Positions 24,291 through 35,370 of a stretch of 64,000 nt of DNA are shown piece by piece. The notes beneath the pieces are model-generated. The model did not search any database. It was given only the letters and a program-made list of their open reading frames with translations, and was not told the origin of the DNA. The stretch is from the NCBI GenBank assembly GCA_977017645.1, contig OZ360220.1, positions 151,528,001-151,592,000 of the forward strand. Direction: 5' to 3'. Both the position numbers and the translations under genes were made by a program. The DNA is from Torpedo marmorata (lineage: Eukaryota). Each line of letters starts with the position of its first letter. Within the stretch, counting starts at the first letter, position 1.

Positions 24291-24734
24291 CCATCAAATA
24301 TCCAAGGGGAATGGTTGCTTTAAGGGCACAGAAGATCCCTTCCATTTTCAACACCCAATCATAGTCTAAACCTCTGACCTCAGTGAAGGTACCTGTGCAG
24401 TTTCTTCCATTTCCTGTGCTTGAATCCCCCTGAGTTACATAAAAGAATTGTCACAGTACAGAAGCAGACCATTTAATGCCTTGAATCTAAACTAGCTCCA
24501 GTGGAAAATCTTGGCAATCCCATTCCCCTGCTATTACCATATTCGGTGTTGGTATTGCCCATCAGAAACATTCAAATCAATGTCTATGTGGAGCCTTACA
24601 ACAGAAGTTTAACTAACTAAAGAATTTGACTCGATCGTTAAAATAGAGCCAAATGAATTCAATTACAGTTAAATCTAATATGGATTTAGTAATTTTGTAT
24701 ATTCTGTCCTCCTTTACTGTTAATATTTCATTTC

Positions 24735-25592
24735 ACAAGAGGGAGATTGAAAACTTGGCTGAATGGTGCACCAACAACAACCTCGCACTCAATGTCACCA
24801 AAACCAAGGTGCTGATTGTTGACTTCAGGAAGGGAAAACCAGAGGTATACGATCCAGTGATCATTGGGGGATCAGAGGTGGAGAGGGTGAGAAAACTTAA
24901 GTTCTTGGGAATCACTATCTCGGAGGACATTTCCTGGAAGAAAGCATGTCAGTGCCTCAATTTCCTCAGGAGTTTGCGGAGGTTTGGTATAACATCAGAA
25001 AGCCTGGCAAATTTCTGCATACGTGTGGTGGAAAGTGTGCTGAACAGCTGCATCACGGTCTAGTATGGGGACACCAATACCCCTGAGCGTAAAGGCCTCC
25101 AAAAGGTAATGGACACAGCCCAGGACATCACAGAAAAAACCCTCCCCACCATCGAAAATAAATACAGGGAACTCTGCCGTCGGAGAATAGCAGCAATCAT
25201 CAAGGATCCACACCACCCAGCACACGCTCTGTTCTCACTGCTACCATCAGGAAAGAGGTATAGGTGCCCCAAGACTCGCTCTACCAGGTTCAGGAACAGC
25301 TGCTACCCCTCCAACATCAGACTCCTCAACAACAAACTCAATCAGGGACTCATTTAAAGACTTACTTTTGCCATTTATTGATTTTTTTGTATTCTCTCTA
25401 TATTGCACAGTCAGTTTGCTTACATTTCATTATCTGTTTACAGTTCTTTATTTGTTTACATGTATACGTTGTGTACAGTGTTTTTCTTTGCACTACCAAT
25501 AGTGGCAATTCTGCTTCGCCCATAGGAAAAAAGAATCTCAGGGTCGTATGTGATGTCATGTATATACTCTGACAATAAATCTGAAATCTGAA
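24735..25592 (+). mobile_element. Rex1/Babar-type LINE 3' portion
   Basis: EWCTNNNLALNVTKTK..VDFRK, FLGITISED, LRRFG, IIKDPHHPAH.LF.LLPSGKRYR. Tail gacaataaatctgaaatctgaa. Confidence 0.85.
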
Positions 25593-25806
25593 TTATCCAC
25601 CCTAAACTGGCTGTCCAGGTAACTTTCAGTTTCTGCTGCTTTAACATTGACAGACTGACACATAGAAACTGAGATAGATGGAGATACAGAGACAGGTAGA
25701 CACACTGAGATAGACAGAGACACAAGATAGACAGAGGCACAGAGATAGACAGAGCTAGCTCGGCAGAGAGATGGAGAGTTGGAGGTGGATGGACAAAGAT
25801 CTAGAT

Positions 25807-26169
25807 CAGTGGTTTTCAAACTTTTTCTTTCCACTCACATACCACCTTAAGTAATCCCTATGCCATAGGTGCTCTGTGACTAGTAAGGGATTACTTAAGG
25901 TGGTATGTGAGTGGGGAAAAAAAGGTTGAGAACCACTGCTCTAGACCCAATTGTTACTGAAATATTTTGCTTGAGAAAATTTGTCATTGGCCCATTTCCT
26001 TTGGAGTTATGAAACCGTGCACATAACGAGTCAATTAGGTACGATTAAAACAGTGGTTTTCAAACTTTTTCTTTCCACTCACATACCACTTAAGTAATCC
26101 CTTACTAATCACAGAGCACCTATGGCATAGGTGGTATGTAAGTGGAAAGAAAAAGTTTGAAAACAACTG
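25807..26169. mobile_element. Composite non-autonomous hAT (Charlie-like) element: two palindromic MITEs and a 112-bp spacer
   Basis: TIRs CAGTGGTTTTCAAAC. MITEs at 25807-25938 and 26051-26169. 8-bp TSD atctagat/atgtagat. Confidence 0.85.
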
Positions 26170-26269
26170 ATGTAGATGGATAGACTGGAAGATGTAGTAC
26201 AGACGGAGAGCTGGATTTAAATGGACAGACACAGACAGAAAGACAGATAGGGATACACAGTTTGGAAAG

Positions 26270-26311
26270 TAGACAGACAGAGAGAGAAAGAGCAGGATGC
26301 ATGGGGGGGAG

Positions 26312-26345
<34 letters not shown>

Positions 26346-27695
26346 AGGATGGATGGGCAGAGAGAGAGAGGGAGGGAGTGAGAGAGAAGGATGGATCGGC
26401 AGAGAGAGAGAGTAAGAGAGAAGGAAGGATCAGCAGAGAGAGAGAGAGGATGGAGGGGCAGAGTGAGAGAGAGTAAGGGAGGGAGGAGGATGGATGGGCA
26501 GAGAGAGAGAGCAGTATGGATGGGCAGAGAGAGAGAGAGAGAGAGAGAGCAGGATGATGGATGGGCAGAGAGGGAGCAGAATGGATGGGTGGAAAGCGAG
26601 TGAGAGCGAGAGAGAGAGCAGGATGGATGGGCAGAGAGAGAGGGGGAGAGAGAGAAGGATGGATGGGCAGAGAGAGAGAGTGGGGACAAGAATGGATGGG
26701 CAGAGTGGGGGGAGAGAGGATGGATGGGCAGAGAGAGAGGGGAGAGAGAGAAGGATGGATGGGCAGAGAGAAAGAGAGAGAGGGGGAGAGAGAGAGAATG
26801 ATGGCTGGGCAGAGAGAGAGGGGGGAGAAGGATGGATGGGCAGAGAGAGGGGAGAGAGAGAAGGATGGATGGGCAGAGAGAGAGAGAAGGATGGATGGGC
26901 AGAGAGAGAGAGAAGGATGGATGGGCAGAGAAAGAGGGGGAGAGAAGTATGGATGGGCAGAAAGAGAGAGAGAAGGATGGATGGGCAGAGAGAGAGAGGG
27001 AGGGAGTGAGAGAGAAGGATGGATCGGCAGAGAGAGAGAGTAAGAGAGAAGGAAGGATCAGCAGAGAGAGAGAGAGGATGGAGGGGTAGAGTGAGAGAGA
27101 GTAAGGGAGGGAGGAGGATGGATGGGCAGAGAGAGAGAGCAGTATGGATGGGCAGAGAGAGAGAGAGAGAGAGAGAGAGCAGGATGATGGATGGGCAGAG
27201 AGGGAGCAGAATGGATGGGTGGAAAGCGAGTGAGAGCGAGAGAGAGAGCAGGATGGATGGGCAGAGAGAGAGGGGGAGAGAGAGAAGGATGGATGGGCAG
27301 AGAGAGAGAGTGGGGACAAGAATGGATGGGCAGAGTGGGGGGAGAGAGGATGGATGGGCAGAGAGAGAGGGGAGAGAGAGAAGGATGGATGGGCAGAGAG
27401 AAAGAGAGAGAGGGGGAGAGAGAGAGAATGATGGCTGGGCAGAGAGAGAGGGGGGAGAAGGATGGATGGGCAGAGAGAGGGGGAGAGAGAGAAGGATGAA
27501 TGGGCAGAGAGAGAGAGAAGGATGGATGGGCAGAGAGAGAGAGAAGGATGGATGGGCAGAGAAAGAGGGGGAGAGAAGTATGGATGGGCAGAAAGAGAGA
27601 GAGAAGGATGGATGGGCAGAGAGAGAGGGGGAGAGAGAGAAGGATGGATGGGCAGAGAGAGAGGGGGGTGAGAGAGAGAGAGAGAGAGAGACAGG
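26270..27695. repeat. GA-rich array (GAGAGAGAAGGATGGATGGGCA-type units) with about 630-bp tandem duplication
   Basis: Unique markers recur 628-630 bp apart (atggatcggc at 26391 and 27019). Confidence 0.92.
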
Positions 27696-29354
27696 GGGAA
27701 AGACTTGCTGACGATGCTCCGTGTTGGAGAACCCAGTTTGAATCTGACGAGCGGGATGGCTTCAGAGACCACCTGACAACACATCTGTGCGGCTGCATGA
27801 AGGTCCTGAGACTCCTGACATTTCCAGGTTGAGGCTGACATGCATCAACTCGCAGTTTGAACCGTTTCCTCCACCACACATGGGCTAATTTGGGAAGAAA
27901 AGGGCTGACCGCACACAAATGGGACTCCCTGTTGGTGAATAGCCTGCTGCTCTGTTTGATGTTGTCGTTATATTGCTGCCCTACCCCCACAGGGAGGTCT
28001 TAATCGCATCTCAATACTGTTCTTAAGGACAGCCCATTTTTAACGTTGACAGTTTTGTAGTCAGTGATTTCCAACTTCTATAACTTGTAACCTTGTTTTT
28101 AAGATTCCTTTCATTTGTTTTCCTTATCAAATTGTTTGAAGCCTCATTAATTTCTCTCACATGACAGGCAGGTGACGAATATCATTTCAGACCACAATGC
28201 GCAAATTAACACGGGACACTTTTAAGAAATAAAAACCAGTGGAGTTAACTTAAAATATGATTTATTCTGGCAAAGGAAACTGTTGGAAACATTCAAGAGC
28301 GAGGGTTCTTGCAAAATTTTGAATTTACTTTTATAGTTTGTGAATTTGTGCACGATTGGAATAAAATATAAAGTGAATCAGCAGGCTTTTACTTTGGCAA
28401 AAGTTGCAAAAATGTTAACTGGCTGAAAAGTGATTTATTTTTGCATGGCTTGCCGTTGACTTTGTCTGGAACTGGGCCCCCAACAGGATGATCTTCCTTT
28501 ATTTCAATTCAACATATTCATGTAATGATCAAACGCTGGCTGACTTGCTTTAATAGCTATGTCATTATTAACTTCCTGAAATGCCATTTAAATTTAATGG
28601 CTTTTCAAACCTGATAACTCCTCGTCTTTGGAAAGTGCTGCAGGTCTGGCAGTCACCAACTCACATCACGATTTATAAAGTTATTAAAGAAACCAACTCT
28701 CGGAAACAACTTTAAGGAGGGCAAACAGTGGTGCGATAAACCATGCTCCCCCTCCCCAGTAGACCTTCTCCCCACGTGCACACTGCTCTCTGCCTTGTCT
28801 TTGATCATCCACTTTCGATGACTTGGTCTTGGGGAGCATTTTGTCCTCTCCCATCTGAATACCATAAAAGGTTAGTTAACCCTTAGCGTGCCTTGGTGCC
28901 ATGTTTGTGTCTGGGCTCTTAATCAAACGTGGAAAGTAGGCTGGTCGGCTCTGAGTTAAGAAGGAATGCCCCGTAAACAAAAACAGGCATGCAGAGATGC
29001 TTTGACAAATTCTCTGACAGTTGTCTGCGACCAAATAGAGAACAGCTGCGCCTGTACCACAATGTGAGTAATGAGTACGGACGGTTCAGTGGGTGCACTG
29101 AACTGAGTTACGTTCTGTTCCTTCATAAAACACTAAAGCTAACAAACCCAGCGAGTTATACACAGAACAATGTCATTGCAAACGGACTCAAGGTGTCACA
29201 CGCCCGCTCAACTGGGATGAAATGTAACTTCTGACTCTCAAGCTCAGCACCGCTTTGATGGAAGCCATATATTTAATCAATTTTACTGGAAACAATTGGA
29301 AGGAGAGGAAATAATTTTAAACTTAAAAATGGTTACCAAGACTCATATCAACAC

Positions 29355-29540
29355 AATTTAGCGTAGCGGTTAACGCAACACTATTACAGCGTCAGCGAAC
29401 TGGGTTCGAATCCGCCACTGTCTGTAAGGAGTTTCTACGTTCTCCCCGTGACCTAAAAAGGTTTACTCCCACCCTCCAAAACATACTGGGTTGTTAGGTT
29501 AATTGGGTGTAATATGGCAGCATGGATTTCATGGGTTTCA
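29355..29540 (+). mobile_element. tRNA-derived SINE
   Basis: tagcgtagcggttaacgc...ggttcgaatcc...tctgtaaggagttt. Confidence 0.75.
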
Positions 29541-30206
29541 CGGTTTCAACAGGCTTCATTGAGTAGAGATTTCCCCAGATTCACTACTCTCTGGGAGAAG
29601 CAGTTCCTCCTCATTTCCGTCTTAAATCTAATCCCCTGAATCGTGTCTCACCTGCCAGTGGAAACAACTTCTCTGCTTCAATCTTCATCTATTCCCTTCA
29701 TAATGTTATAATTCTAAATTCCAGACTACTCAATCTCTCCTCATAAGATAACCCCCTTATATTCACAATCAACCTGGTGAAGCCTCGAAAGCCAGTGTAT
29801 CATTTCTCAAGCAAGGAGAACAGAACTTCACACAGTGAGACCAGAATGTAACACAGTGCACCTCAGAATCAGAGTTCTGTACAAGACTTCACTGCATGGT
29901 ACTACCAGGACCAGCTGGGGAGGAGGTATTAGGCATCGGTGCTAATGATACCTGTTTGTCATCATTTCTGATATTCTATCTAATCCACCCACAGATTCAA
30001 GAAGGTACAACCACTGTGGGTGAGCAGAGTCAATTTCAGTGATGTAACAACAAGACAGATTTAGTCTGGGGCTCACATCACGGACTGTTGATCCTGCAGT
30101 CTGCATTCAACAATGACACATTCACAAACGGGACCATTGAGCCCAACACCGGATAGAGATTGGTAGACGGACAGTGAAGAAGGAAGAAAGATGCAGCACA
30201 ATGCCT

Positions 30207-31178
30207 CAGAATCAGAATCAGAATTTATTGTCATGAACAAGTCATGAAATTCGATGTTTTGCAGCAGCATCATAGTGCAAACATTTATATTATAACCATC
30301 TTACGACATTACTATAAAAATATATATATAAATAATAGTGCACGAAAAGTAAGGCAGTGTCTTTGGTTCATTGATTATTCAGGAATCTCATGGCAGCAGG
30401 GAAGAATCTGTCCTTGTGCCATTGAGTGCTCGTCTTTAGGCTCCTGTACCTTTTTCCTGATGGTAGCAGAGTGAAGAGGGCATGGCCTGGGTGGTGGGGG
30501 TCTTTGAGGATAGAGGCTGCTTTTTTAAGACACCGCCTCATGTAGATGTCCTCGATGGAGTGAAGTCTGGTGCCTGTGATGTCACAGGCCAAGTTAACAA
30601 CCCTGTGGAGTTTATTCTTGTCCTGAGAGTTGGCGCCTCCATACCAGGCAGTGATGCAACCAGCCAGAATGCTCTCCACGGTACACCTGTAGAAGTTTAC
30701 GAGAGTCTTCGGTGACATACCGAATCTCCTCAGACACCTCACAAAGTATAGCCGCTGGCGAGCCTTCTTTGTGATTGCATCAACGTGGAGGCTCCAGGAC
30801 AGATCCTCAGAGATGTTGACACCCATGAATTTGAAGTTCTTGACCCTCTCCACTACTGAGCCCTCGATGAGGACTGGGTCGTGTTCCTCTGACTTCCTCC
30901 TGAAGTCCACAATCATCTCCTTGGTTTTGCTGACGTTGAGCGCAATGTTGTTGTCGTTACACCATTCAACAAGCTGATCTATCTCCCTCCTGTACGCTTC
31001 CTCATTGCCGTTTGTGATTCTGCTGACAAATCTGTCCTGGAGCCTCCAAGTTGATGCAATCACAAAGAAGGCTCGCCAGTGACTATACTTTGTGACGTGT
31101 CTGAGGAGATTTGGTATGTCACCGAAGACTCTCGTAAACTTCTACAGGTGTACCGTGGAGAGCATTCTGGCTGGTTGC
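30207..31178 (-). mobile_element. Rex1/Babar LINE 3' portion with inverted duplicated segment at its 5' junction, inserted into a SINE head
   Basis: 231-aa ORF (EWCNDNNIALNVSKTKEMIVDFR...LLPSGKRYR) and (TTCTGA)n tail. 31030-31178 is the reverse complement of 30656-30804. Confidence 0.88.
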
Positions 31179-31520
31179 CAGCTGGTAGAGCTGCTGCCTC
31201 ACAGCTCCACTGACCGAGGTTCGATCCTCACCTCCACTGCTGTCTGGGTGGAATCTGTACCTTCTTCCTGTGACCTCCAGGGCTTCCCCCTGATGCTGCG
31301 GATTCCTCCCACATTCCAAAGACGAGTGGGTTGATAAGTTAATTGGCCACATAGTTACCCCCTGATGTGTTAGTAAGTGGCAGAACCTGGAGGTGCTTGA
31401 TGGGAATGTGGGGAGAAATAAAAAGGGGACCAGTGCAGGATTAGTGCAAATGGGTGCTTGATGGTTCGCACGACCTCAATGGGCTGAAGGGTCTGTTCCC
31501 ATGCTGTATTGGACCATGAC
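31179..31520 (+). mobile_element. SINE whose 5' end (about 30191-30209) is displaced by the Rex insertion
   Basis: cagctggtagagctgctgcctcacagc...ggttcgatcc...ggctgaagggtctgtt. Confidence 0.7.
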
Positions 31521-32244
31521 TGAGAAGAACAAGAAGGGTGAGGAGGATGAGGATAGTGGAGGGAGAAGGAGGAAGAGAAGAAGGATTGAGTCCATGTCTG
31601 ACAGTTCTGTGGAGGGAACACTGCCGATTTATTTGAACTATTCTGTGAGATGGCTTCTGATATGATGAGAAAATGTAATTGTTTTTCTTGGTTGAGAGAA
31701 AGTTAAAGGGAATTTAATGGATGTGTTTGAACTGTTGTTGATGTTCTGTAAACCACAGCATATGGAATTGCTATGGCAAAGAAGGAACATGTTCTGCACA
31801 TTTAAATCCATGCTAGCTCCTGGCATATCTGTTCAGCCTCATCTCCACATTATTTTCCAACACCTTGTGAATTGATCTCCCTCATGTGCCTATCCAATTC
31901 CCTTCTAAAAGTCCTGACAGACTTGCTCTGCCACCTTTACAGACAAGTTCCAGCTCGTCACCACTCCGCGTAAATGCCATCAATATTATCATGAAAGGAC
32001 AGACAAATCCCACCTTACAGTATTTGTTTTGCTATTTTCTGGGATAGTTCCACTTAGGCAAGGTGAAAGGAGAACTTGGAGACGACAGAGAGTTTTTACA
32101 GGGTAATTGAGGGGAAACTCTTCCCAGTGGTAGCAGACCCAGTGGCAGGTTGGTGATAACTGGCAAAAGATAGACCCAGAGAATAAAACAGTTTCTGAAG
32201 CATGGGGTTTGTTTGTCACAGAGTTTGGCACGTGCAACCTTCAC

Positions 32245-32477
32245 CTGAATCCGAGTCTTCTGGGCTAACAGAACTCAGCAGGTCCTTCTCCTTCTCGTAG
32301 TCGCTCTTGCAGAGGAGCTGCCCCTCCTTCAAAACGTATTCGTCGCCTTTCCGCAGTTGCCTTTCGCAGATGCAGCAGCAGAAGCAGCTCAGGTGGTAAA
32401 CGCATTCCAAAGACCGCATGACAAATTCTGTTGGCGCAATCTTCTCCATGCAGCCGTTGCACTTTGTGGCAAACAAC
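32245..32477 (-). CDS. lmx1b: LMX1B exon 3 equivalent (LIM2 domain), 233 bp
   Basis: ttatag|G TTG TTT GCC...GAT TCA G|gtgaag. Translates [77 protein letters not shown], which has LIM zinc-finger spacing and LMX1B-type residues ([25 protein letters not shown]). Confidence 0.97.
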
Positions 32478-32545
32478 CTATAACAAGAAGAAAGGATCCA
32501 TGACATAGCGTTTAGGCATTGCACGATGTTGTTCCACACTGATCT

Positions 32546-33165
32546 CAAAGTTCAAAGTTCAGATTTATTGTCAGAGTACATATATGACATCACCTATAAC
32601 CCTGAGGTTTTTTTTCCTGTGGGCCAGGCAGAAATTCTACCTTTCAGTAGTGTAAACTGTACTCAAGAAAAGATACATGTACAAAAGAGAGAAATGTAAA
32701 CAAACTGACTGTGCAATACAGAAAAAATAAACATTCAGTAATAAATAATGTCAGAGTTCTTAAATGAGTCTCTGATTGAGTTTGTTGTTTAGGAGTCTGA
32801 TGGTGAAGGGGTAGAAACTGTGCTTGAACCTGGTGGTATGTATCTTGTGGCACCTATACCTCTTTCCTGATGGCAGCAGCAAGAACAGAGTAAGTCCTGG
32901 GTGGTGTGGATCCTTGATGATTGCTGCTGCTCTCTGATGGCAGTGTTCCATGTAGATTTTTTCGATGGTGGGGACGGTTTTGCCTGTGATGTCCTGGGCT
33001 GTGACCACTACCTTTTGCAGGGCTTTCCACTCAGAAATATTGGTGCCCCCATACCAGACCGTGATGCAGCCGGTCAACACACTTTCCACTACACATCTGT
33101 AGAAGTTTGCCAAGGTTTTCGATGTCATACCAAACCTTCGCAAACTCCTGAGGAAGTAGATGCAC
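32546..33165 (-). mobile_element. Rex1/Babar LINE 3' portion about 70 bp upstream of the exon 3 acceptor
   Basis: MRRFGMTSKTLANFYRCVVESVLTGCITVWYG...LLPSGKRYR, AATAAA at 32564-32569 and a (CTTTGAA)n tail. Confidence 0.85.
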
Positions 33166-33741
33166 TTGGTTCATATCTGGGTACACAGGAATTCATAGAG
33201 CAATGCATCACAGGAACAGGCCCTTCGGCCCACAATGTCTGTGCTGAATATGATGCCCTACTCCCTTTCCTATGTCTAGAGGCCTACGCTACTATTGTTA
33301 CATTTGTTACACTCCCCTTGTCACACTAATCAGGGACTGCTCCAACAGCGCAAAGCATTATTGCAATATTGCAATATTTTGCACTAGGATTACTGTGAAT
33401 ATTTATTACCTATCGAGCTTATGTATTTACTGTCTTTTTTTAATTCAATTATGTTTACTAATATAGTTTTTATACAAAATATCTGTTCAGTTGCAGCAAG
33501 TAAGAATTTTGGTGCATATGTACATTGTACAATGTGTATGACAAATTTTCATTATCACAGCTGCCTCCACTGCTACCCCTGGCTGCCTATTCCAAGAACC
33601 CACTACTCTGTGTAAAAAAAACTGCCCATCTTTATGCTTTCCCTCTTCACCTTAAACGCATGACCCCTCGCATGTGACATTTTAACCCTGGGAATAAAGA
33701 TTCTAACTGTCCACCCTCTACCACTCACCATTTCATAAACC

Positions 33742-33933
33742 CAGGGCCGGATTAAGCTAGTGCGGGGCCTGTAGCAGAAAGGGCACTTACCTGCGTGTGC
33801 GGCCATGTTTCTTCTCGCACGCATGCGCGATGAGGGGGAAATGTGACGGTGGCACACGAAGTTCCGGCTGGCGCATGCGCAATGATGCGGGGCCCATAGC
33901 ATATGCTACTTTTGCTACTAGGTTAATCCGACA
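33742..33933. mobile_element. hAT-type MITE inside a CR1 fragment (about 33580-34020)
   Basis: Left end CAGGGCCGGATTAA, degenerate right end TTAATCCGAC, subterminal TGCGGGGCC repeats. CpG-rich. Confidence 0.6.
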
Positions 33934-34599
33934 ATCTATCAGGTCTCTCCTCAGTCTGACGCTTCAGAGAAAACAACCCAAGTTTTTCCAAACTGTCCTG
34001 TTACCTCATACCCTCTAAAGCAGTTCGGCGATTAACTGTTAATATGCATAATAGAACCATTGAACTTTGCTGCAAACTTTGGCCCATCTTGGTCAAAAAA
34101 AGTAACATTAGACGAAGCCCATTTCTCCATTGTAGCCCTGTAGTTTGACTCTTCAAGTTTTCATCCAGGTACCTTCTAAATATGCTGAGGGCTTTGGGAT
34201 ATAGAATAAATTTTGATATGTAATGTCAGGAGAGTTTTTAGCAACATACAGAAACACATCATCCTTATTTAAACCTTCCATGGATGCTGCCTGACCCGCT
34301 GAGTTCCTCCAGAATCTTGTGTGTTGCTCTTTATTTTAAGTCTTTTATTATATTGCCCTTTATTTAACTCTAGGTGAAAAGCTCTTTCTTGGACCAGAGA
34401 CAGGTGTCTAAACATGCATTTACAAAGTCTTTACATCAGTACAAATGCTCCTTAGATGCCTTTCAGCACAGATCCATGAAGAATCATGAGGGGTCAGTTC
34501 CCTTTTATTGAAGGAGTGTTCTCCAACATTCTGCCCCCCAACCAACACCACAAATAGTTCTTCTGTTTGTCTGTTGCTTGTTGAATACAAATCACTTAC

Positions 34600-35025
34600 A
34601 GTCATGGTCATACAGCGTGAAAACAGGCCCTTAGGCCCAACTTGCCCACGCTGACCAAAATGTTCCACCCACATGAATCCCACCTGCCTGCGTTTGCCCC
34701 ATAATCCTCTAAACCCATCCTATCCATGTATCCATCCAAATGTTTCTTAAACATTGCAGTAGTACCTGCCTCAACTACCTCCTGTGGCATGTTGTTCCAT
34801 ACAACCACCACTCTCTGTGTAAAAAGGTTACCCCTCAGGTTCCGATTAAATCTCTCCCCTCTCACCTTAAATTATATCCTCTAGTTCTTGATTTCCCTAC
34901 TCTTGGCAAAAGACTGAGTGTTCACCTGATCTATTCCTCTCATGATTTTGTACACCTCTATGAGACCACCCGTCTCCTACTCTCCAAAGAATAAAGCCCT
35001 AGCTATCTCAACCTCTCCTGCCCTC
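34600..35025 (-). mobile_element. CR1 3' fragment
   Basis: RGERFNRNLRGNLFTQRVVVVWNNMPQEVVEAGT. Confidence 0.85.
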
Positions 35026-35032
35026 AAGATGA

Positions 35033-35370
35033 GTGGCACAGTGGCAAAGCAGTTAATGCTGCTGCTTCACAGCACCAGAGACCCGAGCTCAATCCTTTCT
35101 TCTGGTGCTGTCTGTGTGGAGTTTGCATGTTCTCCCTGTGACCACGTGAGTTTCCTCCCAGGTTCCAGAAACATGCATGTCGGTAAGTTATATGGCCACT
35201 CTAAATTGCTCTTAGTGTGTGTGGATGATTGGCAGAATCTGGGCGGAGTTGTTGGGAATGTAGGGAGAATAAAATGGGATGATCATAGGATTAGTGCAAA
35301 TGGGCACTCGGTAGTCAATGCAGACTCGATGGGCTGAAACGCCTGTTTCCATGCTCTACGAATCTGTAAC
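35033..35370 (+). mobile_element. tRNA-derived SINE
   Basis: gtggcacagtggca...tgtctgtgtggagtttgcatgttctccctgtgacc...gggctgaaacgcctgtttcc. Confidence 0.75.

Noticed and set aside
26120-27990. 573-aa and other S/L/P/H- or R/E/G-rich ORFs
   Set aside because: These are translations of the GA-rich simple repeat.
4442-32477. Assignment as lmx1a
   Set aside because: Diagnostic segments ([60 protein letters not shown]) fit LMX1B better. Synteny could not be checked.
32216-32548. ORF-track boundaries as the true CDS (also 23464-23790 and 4442-4636)
   Set aside because: Homology ends at canonical splice sites inside these ORFs; the flanking residues are intronic.
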